In this document: piece by piece, positions 15,159-29,014 of the stretch
Numbering within the stretch: the first letter of the stretch is position 1
Layout of the letters: each line of letters begins with the position of its first letter
Assembly (NCBI RefSeq): GCF_006345805.1
Contig: NC_043014.1
Coordinates: 18,104,001 to 18,168,000 of the forward strand
Length of the DNA stretch: 64,000 bases
Source: Octopus sinensis
Lineage: Eukaryota
Direction of reading: 5' to 3'
Translations under genes and position numbers: made by a program
The notes under the pieces: generated by a model
Seen by the model: only the letters and a program-made list of their open reading frames with translations
The model's database searches: none
Told to the model about the DNA's origin: nothing

Positions 15159-15519
15159 TACATACACACACACATACATACATACACACATACATACATA
15201 CATACATATACATACATACATACACACACACATACACACACACACAGTATTGAAGCTTGAGAACAATCAGATACATTTGCAACACATCTGTTGAAAATAT
15301 TATTGTTCACACACATACATACACATAATACATACAGACAGACAGACAGATAGACACACACACACACCACATGATCCAGCATGGCCACAACCTCAAGGCT
15401 GAAACATATAAAAGAATAACAGAATATAAATGTGTGCATGTGTGTGAGAGAGAGAGTGTGTGTGTATATGTATGTATGTATGTATGTAATATATATATAA
15501 TAATGCGGTATTTTCAAAG

Positions 15520-15935
15520 CTTGAACTAAAAGTCAGAGGGGAATGGGATAAACTACTTATTAACTTGCTATAAAAGCAGGTAGTAATTTTATCTTGTCCT
15601 TATTCATAGTGCAAGTTTTGAAGAGTGCATTTCGATTTTAACAGCTATTTTTTTCAAAGCTATATTGGAACAGCCTAGAAGACGAGCCTCATCCTGAAAG
15701 ATCTGTAGAACTCGACAAGGACATCCTGAAAACCCTGGTGGAACAAAATCTCATCGTAACTGTTGAGGAACTAGCAGAGAAGCTTGGATTGGTCATTCAA
15801 CCATTCATTGAGACCTGTGTGCTATCGGAAAAGTCAGCAAATTGGGTCAATGGGTTCCTCACGAACTTTCGAGTCTAATTGCATGCAGAGAGTGAATGTA
15901 TGCTTTTCTTTGCTGTCACATCTCACCACTACTGC
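15520..15935 (+). pseudogene. Mariner transposase N-terminal fragment
   Basis: SLEDEPHPERSVELDKDILKTLVEQNLIVTVEELAEKLG...GKVSKLGQWVPHEL (mariner WVPHEL motif); truncated at the adjacent Helitron. Confidence 0.85.
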
Positions 15936-15945
15936 GCTATGTATA

Positions 15946-16584
15946 TCTATATATATAAAACTGTAGTTGTGTGAGTGTCTGTCCCCTTCGATTAGATTTA
16001 CACTACCTACCTACCCACATTTTGCGGTGCAGTTTAACCAAATTCGGGTAGCTTATAGTCGTGATTCATATCGAGCCTGTCTGAGTATTAGCGCGCGTCT
16101 ACGATGAGTCTACGATTTAAAAATAATTTAACATCATTTTTTATTCCATTTTAATGCATAATTTTTCGTGTGTCGATGGCGGCGGAGTTGGCGTCCACGC
16201 TCACACCTGCACCTGTGGGGAAGGGAGTGTAAGAAATCAACGTCGTAATGCGTTGTCAAGGAGACCAGCGTTCTTTTAGAACAACGACTTCATGGCTTGA
16301 AGACACCAAAACAGAAATGGCTAAGAAAGCGTCTACATGAGTCTACGATTTAAAAAAAATTTACCACCGTTTTTTTTCCATTTTAATGCATTTTTTTCGC
16401 TATTATATAAGGGAAGTAACTCTCTAAAAATGTCTACGATGAGTCAACGATTTTTCAAAAAATTTACCATCATATTTTTTCCATTTTTAATGCATTTTTT
16501 GCTATTTTTTGGCTATAACTCTCTAAAAATGCTTATATAGTTATTTCCCTTACAAACCCGAGCAACGCCGGGCGATACTGCTAG
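15946..16584 (+). mobile_element. Non-autonomous Helitron
   Basis: A|TCTATATATATAAAA 5' end, cccgagcaacgccgggc hairpin plus CTAG|T 3' end; internal repeats of gagtctacgattt...ccattttaatgcat. Confidence 0.85.
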
Positions 16585-16707
16585 TGTTATAATAAAAACA
16601 ATCTTACATTAAATCGAGAGATTACTCAACACATTTGGTTGAGTACAAGTATATTATTCTGATCGCTGACCGAAACTTCGAAGTCACTGTCGGAACTGTC
16701 GATTTCT

Positions 16708-17095
16708 TTATTCTTTTACTTGTTTCAGTCAGGTAACTGCAGCCATACTGGAGCAGGGACTTTAGTCGAACAAATAGACACCAGAGCCTATTCTTTGTAA
16801 GCTTAGTACCTATTGTATCAGTCTGTTTTACCGAACCGCTAAATTACGGGGATGTAAACACACCAACAGCAGTTGTCAAGCGATAGTGGGGGGACAAACG
16901 CAGATACACAAATACATACAAATATATATATATGTATGTATGTATACGATAGGCTTCTTTCAGTTTCCGTCTACCAAATCCACTCACATGACTTTGGCCA
17001 GCCCAAGGCTATAGTAGAGACACTTGCCCAAGGTGCCACGCTGTGGGACTGAACCCGGAACAATGTGCTTGGAAAGCAAGCTTCTTACCACCAAA
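16708..17095 (-). mobile_element. SINE family B
   Basis: Reverse complement matches the 46259-46660 copy in both head and tail. Confidence 0.85.
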
Positions 17096-17227
17096 GCCAA
17101 TTTTATATCTATCTATACATACTTACATACAAACAAACAAATATATATTATAATATATATAATATATATACATATATATATATTATATACATACACATAC
17201 ACACACATATATAAATACATACATACT

Positions 17228-17259
<32 letters not shown>

Positions 17260-17606
17260 TAATATATATATATATATATATATAGTAGAAATACGTTACA
17301 AAAGAAAATATAAAATACACGTGGAAATGTAAGGGTAAAATATGAAAAATCAACGAAAATGCACATTGCAAATTAAAAAAAAAGGCTATTTATGACAGGT
17401 AACGACAATATATACATTTAGATTGACTGAGGTAGTAATAAGAGTCATAAAAGTCATTATTATGAGAGATGATTATAAGATGATAATAATGAAGAGACAA
17501 AAAACGGACCATGGTTTACGCAAAATTATTCATCGTTTGAAAAACACCGGCTAATAACTATATATATATATATATAATATATATATATATATATTATATA
17601 TATATA

Positions 17607-17638
<32 letters not shown>

Positions 17639-18863
17639 ATATTATATATATATATATATATTGTATATAATAGGAAAATAATTTGTTTTAAATCTCTGAG
17701 CGAGAAGTAAATAGTAACAGTATTACAGAGTAAAATCTATACATACACACACGTTTGTACATTTTTATAAATAAATGTGTGAGAGTGTCTTACATACACA
17801 CAAATATGTTACATTCATGCATGCATTAATCCATCCATCCATCCATCCACACATATATACATACATGCATGCATATACAGATACATACATACATGCATAC
17901 ATACATATACACATAAGAGTGGATAGGAATGAATTCTGGGAGTGAATCATTCAAAAAGGAAAGGCCTTCTCAATCCATGTCGAGGAGTTTATTTATCCGT
18001 TTATTGGGTGATGAGGCTGGAAGATTTATCTGTCAGTACGCTATATACACAGCGAATACACAGCAAACACTCATGCACGCAACCCAGAAATATGTACACA
18101 AACAATCAGAGATAGATACATACAAGCTTACAAACTCGCACAAATATCTGTAACTCGTTTTGACGTGTTTCAAGAAACATTGGGATAGTCTGTGGACGGT
18201 GGAGAGATTTACTCAGTTGTACATCAATGTGTGTATGTATGAGGAGCTAAATGTTAGACTACAACAATTCAGTTATAATTTAGTTTAGATATCCGAAGAT
18301 GTTAAGCTCTGCAACCTTGGGTTATATTAACAATATCTACAAATAAAGCTCACGGGAGGTGCGCTATTACTTAAACAGCAAAATGATACATACGTACGCA
18401 CACATAAGCACACGCACTCACCCCACAACACTCACACACATATGGATATATATATATATATATATATTAATATATATATATAATATATATATATATATTA
18501 TTTATATATCCATATGCACATATAAATATATTGTATGTATATGTATATGTATATATGTGTGTGTGTGTGTATGTATGTATGTTTATGTATATGTACGTAT
18601 ATATATATATACACTTCACATAAGTAGTTTCTGAAGGTTTCATTAAAAGTTTATAGCCAGTGTTATTCCCTTGTTACTAGCATCCCATTCTACTAACTTG
18701 AGAAAGCCTAATTATCAAATCTTTATATTTCCATCAAAATTACTGGGTCCCAAAATGTCTCGAGACATTGAAATCGCCCGGTTATTGTTATCTAAAACTA
18801 TCCGCCACAAAGAGATCGCATTAAATAGCTTTCCTTATAGATGCCTCCCCATGTTTATGTATA

Positions 18864-18904
<41 letters not shown>

Positions 18905-19154
18905 ACGCGTTTCTAAAGAACGCTGTTTATTGCTATCCCTTTGTGACAGATACTGTATGTGTATATGTTTGTATATACATACATACACAAACATACGAAC
19001 ATACACACACACTGAGGTACACACAAAGGCACATACACAACACACACACACAAACCACACAGACCCACATACATAGAGCTGCACACACATTCACTCATAT
19101 ATGTATGTGCGTGTATGCATGTTCGAATATGTGTGCCTGTGTATATTTTTGTTT

Positions 19155-19198
<44 letters not shown>

Positions 19199-19477
19199 AT
19201 TTGAATACCCGTTTGGGATACAGAGAAAGTGAGAAAAGTAAGGGATACTGGTGTATATGGGACTGAGTATTGTGTTAATGCGAGAAAATTAATGGGTGTA
19301 TATAAATCGCGAGTAGTAATAAATCAATCTTTGAAGCGTGTGCGTGGGAAGACATACTTCATTGTGCTTCTACAGATGTACACATACACCTTTGTATGTG
19401 TGTATATAGATACAGACATATATACATACACACATATGTATGTATTTATCTATATTTTATTCTCTCTCTCTCTCTCT

Positions 19478-19511
<34 letters not shown>

Positions 19512-19531
19512 ATAATATATATATATTATAT

Positions 19532-19564
<33 letters not shown>

Positions 19565-19664
19565 TACATACAACCATTATAACACACGCACACACACATA
19601 TATATGTATATATGCATATATATATATATATATATATATACGCATATATATACATATATATATA

Positions 19665-19730
<66 letters not shown>

Positions 19731-19734
<4 letters not shown>

Positions 19735-20030
19735 CCAGTGGTTAGGGCAGCGGACTCGCAGTTGTAGAATCGCGGTTTCGATTCCCAGACCGGGCGTTGT
19801 GAGTGTATATTGAGCGAAAACACCTAAAGCTCCTCGAGGCTCTGGCAGGGGGTGGTGGTGATCCCTACTGTACTCTTTCGCTACAACTTTCTCTCACTCT
19901 TTCTTCTGTTCGCCTGCTCGCTTAGCCAGCGGGGTGGCGTCATGTGAAGACTAAAACAATGCGAAAGGCATTGTGACCAGCGATGTGTACCAACATTTGA
20001 TAATCTGATCGGTCACGGTGATCACGGTGA
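19731..20030 (+). mobile_element. tRNA-derived SINE family C
   Basis: tggcccagtggttagggcagcgg (A box) ... ggtttcgattccc (B box); homologous to 22532-22830. Confidence 0.85.
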
Positions 20031-20058
20031 TATATACATACATACATACATACTATAT

Positions 20059-20138
<80 letters not shown>

Positions 20139-20644
20139 CGAGTCTCCAAAGTCTCCGATAAATGGGTTTCGCTTGCGTTATAACGTGATATATAGATGTC
20201 ACAACTACATCTTCTATTAGTCTAGGGTCTATTTAGGAGATACCATTTAGGGGATACCATCCACTTCAAGAGTCGCTACTTTGTTCATCTCAGCTTCTTC
20301 TCTTTTTTAGCATCATATTTCCTTCTTAACCCTAATTATTGCATACTGGTTACACTACACTTTTATCCCGTAATTTACTCATTGATAATTTTCTGAAGCG
20401 AAAGTCATCTGTGATGTTATTTAAAGTCGACTCAGCACAGTACCTTGGGGGTACCACTTGTGACCTATACTGGGTTTGAATGAACCCCATCAGTTACAAG
20501 ATGGGTTCTGCTTACTAAGAAACATTTGGTAGCACTTCTCTTCCACAGATATCGACGGTGTAAATATTTTAAGAGAACGCTGTCCTGAAGTCAAGGTATT
20601 GACATCTATCTTTGACGATATTTTAACTATTTTGGGAATGATTT

Positions 20645-20765
20645 CAAAGTTCCGGGTTCAGTCCCTCTGCGAAGCAATTTGGCCGCCAAGTGCCTTGTAC
20701 AATATTTTCGGTCCGACTAAAGCCTGGTGACTGAATCTGGTAGACGGAAACTGAAAGAAGCTAAT
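20645..20765 (+). mobile_element. Partial SINE family B
   Basis: ttccgggttcagtccc...ggtagacggaaactgaaagaag. Confidence 0.7.
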
Positions 20766-20907
20766 TGTATACACACACACACACACACACACAAGCACAC
20801 ACGCGCGCGCACACACACACACACATACACATACATATATCGTTTTATCTGAGTAGAGTCATTCTCTTTTAATGCCTGCTTAATGCCTTATATATATATA
20901 TATATAT

Positions 20908-21766
20908 ATGTGCGATGGATAAATTCTCGCCATTTTATATTTTCAATTTCGCGCATGCGCATTTAAAAAATTTATTTTGTCGACTACACAGTATAGCAGG
21001 GCACCGTCTGTGAGAAACACAGCACCATGACGCAATTCGCTCTGCCAGAAATTTGGAGACGACATGCTATACTGCTTGGCATTCGCGCTGGAAGCTCTAA
21101 TATGAACATTTCAGAGTATTTGGGTGTTAATCTGAAGACGGTGCAATCTGAGGACATGTACCGAAAGTGATAGAAATCAAACATCTAGTTAGCATCGTGG
21201 TGTTTGGAGTGATCACTAGTAATGGAGACGTTATGCCTACATTCTTCTTCCCACAAGGCCTCAAACTCAATACGACGGCTTACATCACGTGCCTGAAGGT
21301 GGTGGTGCTTCCTTGGTTTAAGAAGGTGGTTGCTGGAAGATCGTATATCTGGCCACAGGATTGTACACCATGTCACACAAACAGCAGAATCCAGTCGTGC
21401 TGTGAGACAATTTCTGCAACCACATCACGCTTAACATCTGGCTATCTAACGCCCTTGATTATTATGTGTGGGGCGTAGTTGAGCGAGAGACAAACAAAAC
21501 TTCTTGTAACACCAAAGATGAACTGAAGGCAAGGATTATGACAACATTCACCAACTTAAACAAGGAGACTGTCCAGATGAGTTGCAAGAGATTCCGAAGT
21601 CGTCTGGAGGCCGTGATTAAAGCCAATGGCGATTTTATTAAATAAATTTACTCTTGTATTTTAAGATATATTTATGTAATTTTAGTAAATATATCTGTTA
21701 AAATAAGATGTCAGTGCTATTTTATTTTTTGCGTAATTTAGACGACAGTCTATTCACCGCACCCTA
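20908..21766 (+). mobile_element. Internally deleted Tc1/mariner-superfamily transposon (probably DD37D/maT-like)
   Basis: Degenerate TIRs (gtgcgatggataaattctcg / cgacagtctattcaccgcaccc-TA); coding remnant VVFGVITSNG..YIWPQD..H...DYYVWG...RFRSRLEAVIKANG. Subfamily call is inferred from motif style. Confidence 0.8.
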
Positions 21767-22442
21767 ACTACATGTATGTGTCTTTGCGTCTGTCTTTTTG
21801 TTTGTCCTGCAACAAAGCTTGACAACCGGTAGTGGTGTGTTTACGTCCCCTTAAGCTATGATTTGTAAAAAGAGGGCAATAGAATAAGTACCAGGGTTGG
21901 CAGCACCTCAGAATGGCCGCAGTCTAGTGGCCGAAACAAGTGATATATATATATATATACATGTATGTATATATACATGCCATTATAGTTTGCACCGCAA
22001 AAACAAACCTTAATCTACTACTAGATCGAAGATAGAGCGAATTGAGATATTCCGACCCTACTGTCCCATCCATAACCAATTAATGCTTAGTTTCTATTAA
22101 CTCACATCTTCCTTGCTCACCTTTTTATATTCCTGTGTCATTCATATAACTTTTAAACCAACTTTGGAACAGATGTTGAATCAGAAATTGTTTTGTTATA
22201 GAATTTGCGATGGATTTATTCTTCACAGTAAACTTTGGACATCTAACGTAAAACCTAATGTTGTGTACCTGTACATACTTCATCATGTCAAAAACTGTCT
22301 TACGTATATCGGAAAACTTTCATATTTTCGTATAATAAATACTGTCCTCCAAACGTTTGTCATATGTATGTATGTATATATATATATATATATGCGTACA
22401 TATATACATATATATATATATGTGTGTGCGTATATATGTGTA

Positions 22443-22526
<84 letters not shown>

Positions 22527-22531
22527 TGTGT

Positions 22532-22827
22532 GGAGGCGCAATGGCCCAGTGGTTAGGGAAGCGGACTCGCGGTTTCGATTCCCAGACCGGGCGTTGTGTG
22601 TGTTTATTGAGCGAAAACATCTAAAAACTCCACGATGCTCCAGCAGGGAGTGGTGGCGATCCCTGTTGTACTCTTTCGCCACAGCTTTCTCTCATTCTCT
22701 CTTCCTGTTTCTTGAGTAACGCAGCGATGGACTGGCGTTCCGTCCAGCTGGGGGGAACACATACGTCACAGAAACCGGGAAACCGAGCCCATGAGCCTGG
22801 CCAGGCTTCAAACGGGCGCATAAATAA

Positions 22828-22830
<3 letters not shown>
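22532..22830 (+). mobile_element. tRNA-derived SINE family C
   Basis: ggcgcaatggcccagtggttaggg...tttcgattcccagaccgggcg; tail gcgatggactggcgttccgtccagctgg shared with 56195-56450. Confidence 0.85.
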
Positions 22831-22860
<30 letters not shown>

Positions 22861-22864
<4 letters not shown>

Positions 22865-24043
22865 CGTTGGACAAAATAATGGATCATAATTTTCAAATAT
22901 CTATAAAACAGTCAAAAGCTTGTTTGTTTTTATGTTGTTTTTGTGTTGCTTAATATGTTTTATTGCTATTTCTCTTCAGATATCGCCAGAAAAAGGTAAT
23001 TAAAATTCATTAAAATAACAGATCTATCAGACTTTGAACGAGGTGAAATTGTTACAGCCGAAATGTTTGGTGTATCAAGAAGTACTGTCTCGAAAGTAAT
23101 GACAGCCTTTGAGAAAGAGGGAAAAACCTCCTCGTCGAAACAAAACTCCGGAAGAAAACCAAAACTTTCAGATAGGGACCTTTGGACTCTTACGCGAATT
23201 GTTAGAAAGGATCGCAAAAGTACAGCTCCCAAAATAACTGCAGCGTTTAATGACCACCTCGAGAACCCAGTTTCCACAAAAACTGTTCGCCGGGAGCTGC
23301 ACAAAGCCGGATTTCACGGGAGGGCTGCAATCAGAAAACCACTACCTTCAAAAACAAACGTTACAAAGCATTTAGAGTGGAATAAAAACCTACAGAATTA
23401 GAGGAAGAATGTTATTTTCTCGGATGAGTCATCCTTTACCTTATTTCCGACCACCGGCCGCGTATACGTGTGGAGACAGCGAAAAGAAGCATTTAACACC
23501 GACTGCCTTCTTCCAACTGTTAAACATGGAGGAAGATCAGTGATGATCGGGGGTGGGGGCTATATTTTTGAAATCTGCCGGCACAATGGTTTCCCTTCAT
23601 AGCAGAATTAATAGTCAAGACTATTTAAGCATTTTATCTGACCTAATTCATCCTATGTTTGCAGAACTGTTTCGGAAGAGAAACACAATCTTTCAAGATG
23701 ATAATGCACCAATTCACTCAGCTAAATTTGTTACTGAATGGCACGAGGAACATTCTAGTGAAGTTTAACATCTTATCTGGCCACCACAGTCCCCAGATCT
23801 CAATATTATTGGACATTTACGGCGCATTTTAGAAAAACAAGTAAGGAGTCGATATCCTCCACCATCATCACTACAAGTACTGGAGAATGTTTTAGCTGAA
23901 GAATGCGTAAACATTCCTTTGAAAACAATTCAAACTTTGTACGAGTCTATACCTCGTAGAATTCAAGCTGTAATTACTGCCAAATATTAAAGTAAATTTG
24001 TGTGAAATTGTGAGGTGTTCCCAGTACTATGTTTAACCCTGTG
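22861..24043 (+). mobile_element. Tc1-family (DD34E) transposon with disrupted transposase
   Basis: TA|CAG start; LSDFERG, GRKPKLS, VIFSDES, FQDDNAPIH and WPPQSPDLNII motifs; in-frame stops and frameshifts. Confidence 0.92.
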
Positions 24044-24529
24044 TATGTATATATAAGGATTTAGAGGAAATAAATGAAGTGAGAACGAAAAAAATTGGAG
24101 AAAGAAATCAAGCAGTAGAAATTAAACTGGTATATTACGCTACTACATAACCTATGAAAGATCAGAGAACTAGGATCAGATATTTCAAGTAGCAGAACAT
24201 TGAAGAGGAATTCTAGAGGAGATTTGAATTGAATTAAGCCCTCTATCAACTCCGCAAACAAGGCAGCTAAGATTGTCTTGATCGGTAATGTGAAGCGGAT
24301 AAACAATTACACCAGCAAACGTCATGCTTCCATCCATCAAGCAAAATCAATTTCAAAAGAATAGGAGTAGCTGCTGTCTCAAAAGCTCAGTAGATAAAGC
24401 ATCTTCGAGAAAGTTGCTGAAACTATGAACCATGATCGAAACTTTAACAATAACCGTGACAGATGTTGATGTATGAAAATATATCTATGGATCTGTTTAT
24501 GCATGTACGTGTAAGATTTGCGAATGAAG

Positions 24530-24622
24530 GAGGAAGAGAGAGTGAGAGAGAGAGATATATATATAGAGATAGATATAGGGAGAGAGATAGAGGGAGAGAC
24601 AGATATAGACATAGATATAGAA

Positions 24623-24663
<41 letters not shown>

Positions 24664-24688
24664 AACAGAGACGTAGATACGAAGATAG

Positions 24689-24721
<33 letters not shown>

Positions 24722-24820
24722 CAGAGTGAGAGAGAGAGAGAGAGATAAACATATAGATAGATAGGTAGATAGATAGACATAGAGTGAGAGAGAGCGAAAC
24801 AGAGACGTAGTCAAGAAGAT

Positions 24821-24891
<71 letters not shown>

Positions 24892-24990
24892 TGTAGGTAG
24901 GTAGAGTGAGAGAGAAAGAAAAAGAGAAAGAGAGGGAGAGGGAGAGAGAGAAACAAAGAGAGAGCGAAATAGAGACGTAGATAGGAAGAG

Positions 24991-25022
<32 letters not shown>

Positions 25023-25170
25023 TGAGAGATAAACAGATAGATTGTTAGATAGATAGCTAGATAGCTAGACAGATAGATGGAGAGATAAACAGATAGATAG
25101 TTAGATAGATAGATAGATATGTAGGTAGATAGATAGAGTGAGAGAGAGAGGAAGAGAGAGAGGGAGAGAG
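24530..25170. repeat. (AGAT)n/(AG)n compound microsatellite with higher-order repeats
   Basis: Direct reading; the block gcgaaacagagacgtag recurs three times. Confidence 0.9.
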
Positions 25171-25534
25171 AGCTCTGAAGCATGAAGGTTAATTGCCATG
25201 TGTTTAAAATATTCCCGAAGACACTTTAAAATGAGATTTTCTCGGAGCCCGCACATTCACTTTGTATTACGTTGTGTGTGTGTGTGTGTGTGCGCGCGCG
25301 CGCGTGTGTGTGCGTGTGTGCGTGCGTGTGTAATACTTTGTGTATGTATGTATGTTTGTATGCATGTATGTATGTTTGTAAGTTTGTATACTAATGTGTA
25401 TGTAGAAATTTTCAAAATCCTCAGTCGTAAACAAATATCTTGAATATTGGAAGCTTCGTAAACAAAATATGAAAATAACAACATTACCACCACCACCACA
25501 CCACTAACAACAACAACAACAGCAGCAGCAACGA

Positions 25535-25603
<69 letters not shown>

Positions 25604-25629
25604 AATTAAGATGATGATGATAGTAATCT

Positions 25630-26032
25630 TTTTCACTAAAAGGCACAAGGTTTGAAATTTTGGAGGAGGGGACTAGTCGAGTACATCGATTCCGAAAGGA
25701 TGAAAGGTGAAGTAGACCTCTGCGGAATTTGAACTCAGGACCTGAAGACGGACAAAATGCGGCAAAGCATTTTGACCGGTGTGCAAGCGATTTTGTCAGC
25801 TCGCCGCCTAAAATAATAAGAATCCTTTCTACTATAAGCACAAGGCCTGAAATTTGGGGGAAGGGGAACAGACGATTACATCGACCCATTGTTTCACTGG
25901 TACTTAATTTATCGACCCCGAAAGGATGAAAGGCAAAGTCGACCTCGGTGGAATTTGAACTCGGAACGTAGAGACAGACGGAATGCCGCTAAGCATTTCG
26001 TCCAGTGCGGTAACGATTCTGCCAGCTCGCTG
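25630..26032 (-). mobile_element. SINE family A with duplicated body
   Basis: Two successive gaaaggatgaaagg..aagt(c/a)gacctc..ggaatttgaactc blocks ending in ttctgccagctcgc. Confidence 0.8.
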
Positions 26033-26105
<73 letters not shown>

Positions 26106-26106
<1 letters not shown>

Positions 26107-26580
26107 TCTTGGTATAAAAGATGGGCTACAGCAAATATTCTGCTCAATACCACAGATTTGCTTGTCAGTTGTTTGACCATAACCAGTTGAGCATGTCCCT
26201 TAGTGGCTGACGATATGTGCATCTCTAATCACAAGCAGAAGTAGTGGGGGAGCATCATAGCCATGTGTTGAGAGGGATTCTTTGGGGTTTGAATAATTCA
26301 CCTCTGGAAACACGGGTGGTTCTTTCAACATCCTTAAACAATCCTTATTCAGGGACCTTTTGAGCGGGATGGGCTACTCAACCTGAAGAAAATTCTAACT
26401 GGGCCCCACCTGCAAGGTCATATGCTGTTTATCTTGATATGAGATCACCATGTCGCGCACATATGGTTGTGATGCATGTGCCTGGTGTACCCTTATCAGA
26501 CGGGTAGTCATGATGGGTATATTGGGCTTCGTATATTTTACCCCAGTGTCACTTTGATGGCATGAACTGCTCTCTCACTC
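26106..26580 (+). mobile_element. (AAT)n-flanked dispersed repeat, copy 2 (5'-truncated)
   Basis: High identity by eye with 47264-47823; (AAT)n on both sides. Confidence 0.85.
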
Positions 26581-26944
26581 AATAATAATAATAATAATAA
26601 TGATAATAATGATGATAATAATAATAATCTGAAGAATTATAGCATCAATAACACCAACAACGATTATCATGATAATAAATCAATATCAGCCAAAATAGAA
26701 TTATTAATCATCAATGCTGGTTGTAGAATTTTCTGGTTCTTTGGTTTTTTGGCATCTTTTAATATCGTGGATCATTTCAAATTTGATATGTTTACTCAAA
26801 GACATTTGAAACTTAACTGAGAACAGTTGGAAGCAAAACGTTGAAAATTAGCCGTTCTTGGACTCATTGGATGTGAGTTTTGGTGGCTTTTTACACTCCA
26901 TTTAACAATATATATATTAGTTAGCTTACTTTCCAACGTTAGAT

Positions 26945-26993
26945 ATTGTGGTGGTGGTGGTGGTTGTGGTAGTGGTGGGTGATTGTGGTGTTG

Positions 26994-27047
<54 letters not shown>

Positions 27048-27862
27048 ATAGTGGTAACAGTGAAGTTTTAGTAAAGGTTACGACTTTCTGTTGGTGGTGT
27101 TGATATCATAGACGTGGTGATGATGCTGTTATGGCAGTCATGTTGTTGGAAAAGGTGGTGGTAATGGAGATGGTAGTAGTGGTGATTGTTGGTTGTGTTG
27201 GTGGTAGTTGTGCTGGTGGTGGTTGTGTTAGTGGTAGTGGTTGTGTTGGTGGTAGTTGTGTTGGTAGTAGTCGTGTTGGTGGTAGTTGTGTTGGTGGTGG
27301 TTGTGCTGGTGGTGATTGAATTAATAGTAGTTGTATTAGTAATTGTGCTTATGTTTATGTTGTTGCTAATGGGGGTGATTGTATTGGTTGCAGTTGTGAT
27401 AGTGGTAGCGATGCTGTTTGTGGCTCTGTGTTAGTGATAGTTGTACTGGTGTTTATGTTGTAGTGTTTGACGATTGTGTTGGTGGTAGTTGCGATTGTGT
27501 TTATGTTGTTGTTAGTGGTTCTGATTCTTGTAGCTTTACCCGTGGTTGCGATGTTGTTGTCGCTCTTATTGTTAGGAGGCGTGTTAGTAGTTGCTGTTAG
27601 TAATAGTAATGATGGTACTTGGTTGTCTTATTATCGATGTCTTTGGTGATGGATGTCACATGTGCTGGTTGTGTTGATCCTTAAAGAAGTGGCAATGGTC
27701 GTGGTTATCGCACAGTCTATCGAGGTGATAGTGTTGTTTTAGGGGAGCTGTAGGGGTGAATTTGGTGTTGCCCGTGTTGAGGATCTCGGTACAAAAAATT
27801 GGTGGCCATGAAATCAGTGGTGTTAATATCGATGGTGATGTTGGCAATGACACTGAAGGTAG

Positions 27863-27915
<53 letters not shown>

Positions 27916-28237
27916 TTGGTGATGATGATGATAACGATGATGATGATGATGATGATGACGATGACGGCGAAGACGACGAAGAAGACGACGACGAAGACTA
28001 TGACAACGACAACGATGAGGACGAAGATTGCAATGATGATGATGATGTTGATGACAAAATGATTGGATGGTTTGATATAGGTCATTCGTGCTTGGGGTTT
28101 TAATAGTTTATAAAATTAATGGCAGCAATAGTAATGGTTGTAGTAGCTTACCGTTAGCAGGGCTGGGTGGGTATTAAGGACGGTATTCGTAGTATTGGCG
28201 GGAAAGTAAACTGTTTAGGAAGTAGTAGTAGTAGTAA

Positions 28238-28268
<31 letters not shown>

Positions 28269-28417
28269 GGTGGTGATGCTGTGCTGATGGTGTTGGTATT
28301 GATGGTGACGGTAGGGATAGTAGTAATAGTGGTGGTGGTGGTATTGATGATAATGGTTGTGGTGCTGAAGGTGATGGTTGTCATAGCAGCAGTAGTGGCA
28401 TATAGTAGTAGTAGTTA

Positions 28418-28450
<33 letters not shown>

Positions 28451-28560
28451 CAGCAGCAGCAGCAGCAGCGGCAGTAGCAGCAGCAGCAGCAGTAGCAGCA
28501 GCAGCATTAATGATGTTGGCGGTGATGGTGTGATGGTGTTGGTGTCATAGTGATAAATAG
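26945..28560. repeat. Low-complexity GGT/AGT/GAT/AGC trinucleotide region, including a 15-bp minisatellite (ggtggtagttgtgtt)
   Basis: Direct reading; source of the poly-D/M/S/V ORFs. Confidence 0.9.
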
Positions 28561-28947
28561 TAGTGTAATATTGTAAAATATCTGACAATTCCAATGGAAG
28601 TTGCTTATAAATATATGGAACATTTAATATGGTTGAAAGTGAAAGTAAAAATAAATAAACGGGCAAATTTGTTATGATTTGCTACTGACCTAATTTCTTT
28701 AATGCTTCTTCTCTGCAATATTTTTGGTGACAGATTGGTAATTTCCTGTCTCGCATGAGAGACAGATGGTTGGTGGCTGAAGAGGGAGATACATATATGC
28801 ATGTGTGTGTGTATACACACACACACGTATATGTATGAGAGTGTATAGTGAGAAAATGTTGAGAAATTGCGCGATGGATATGTACGTGTATGCATATATG
28901 CATGTATATATATGTGCGTGTGTGTACGTACGTGTGTGTATGCATAA

Positions 28948-29014
<67 letters not shown>

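Noticed and set aside
19731-19800. tRNA genes at SINE heads (also 6213, 22532, 46259, 56195)
   Set aside because: A/B-box-like motifs are present but there is no complete cloverleaf, and each continues into a shared repeat body, so they are SINEs.
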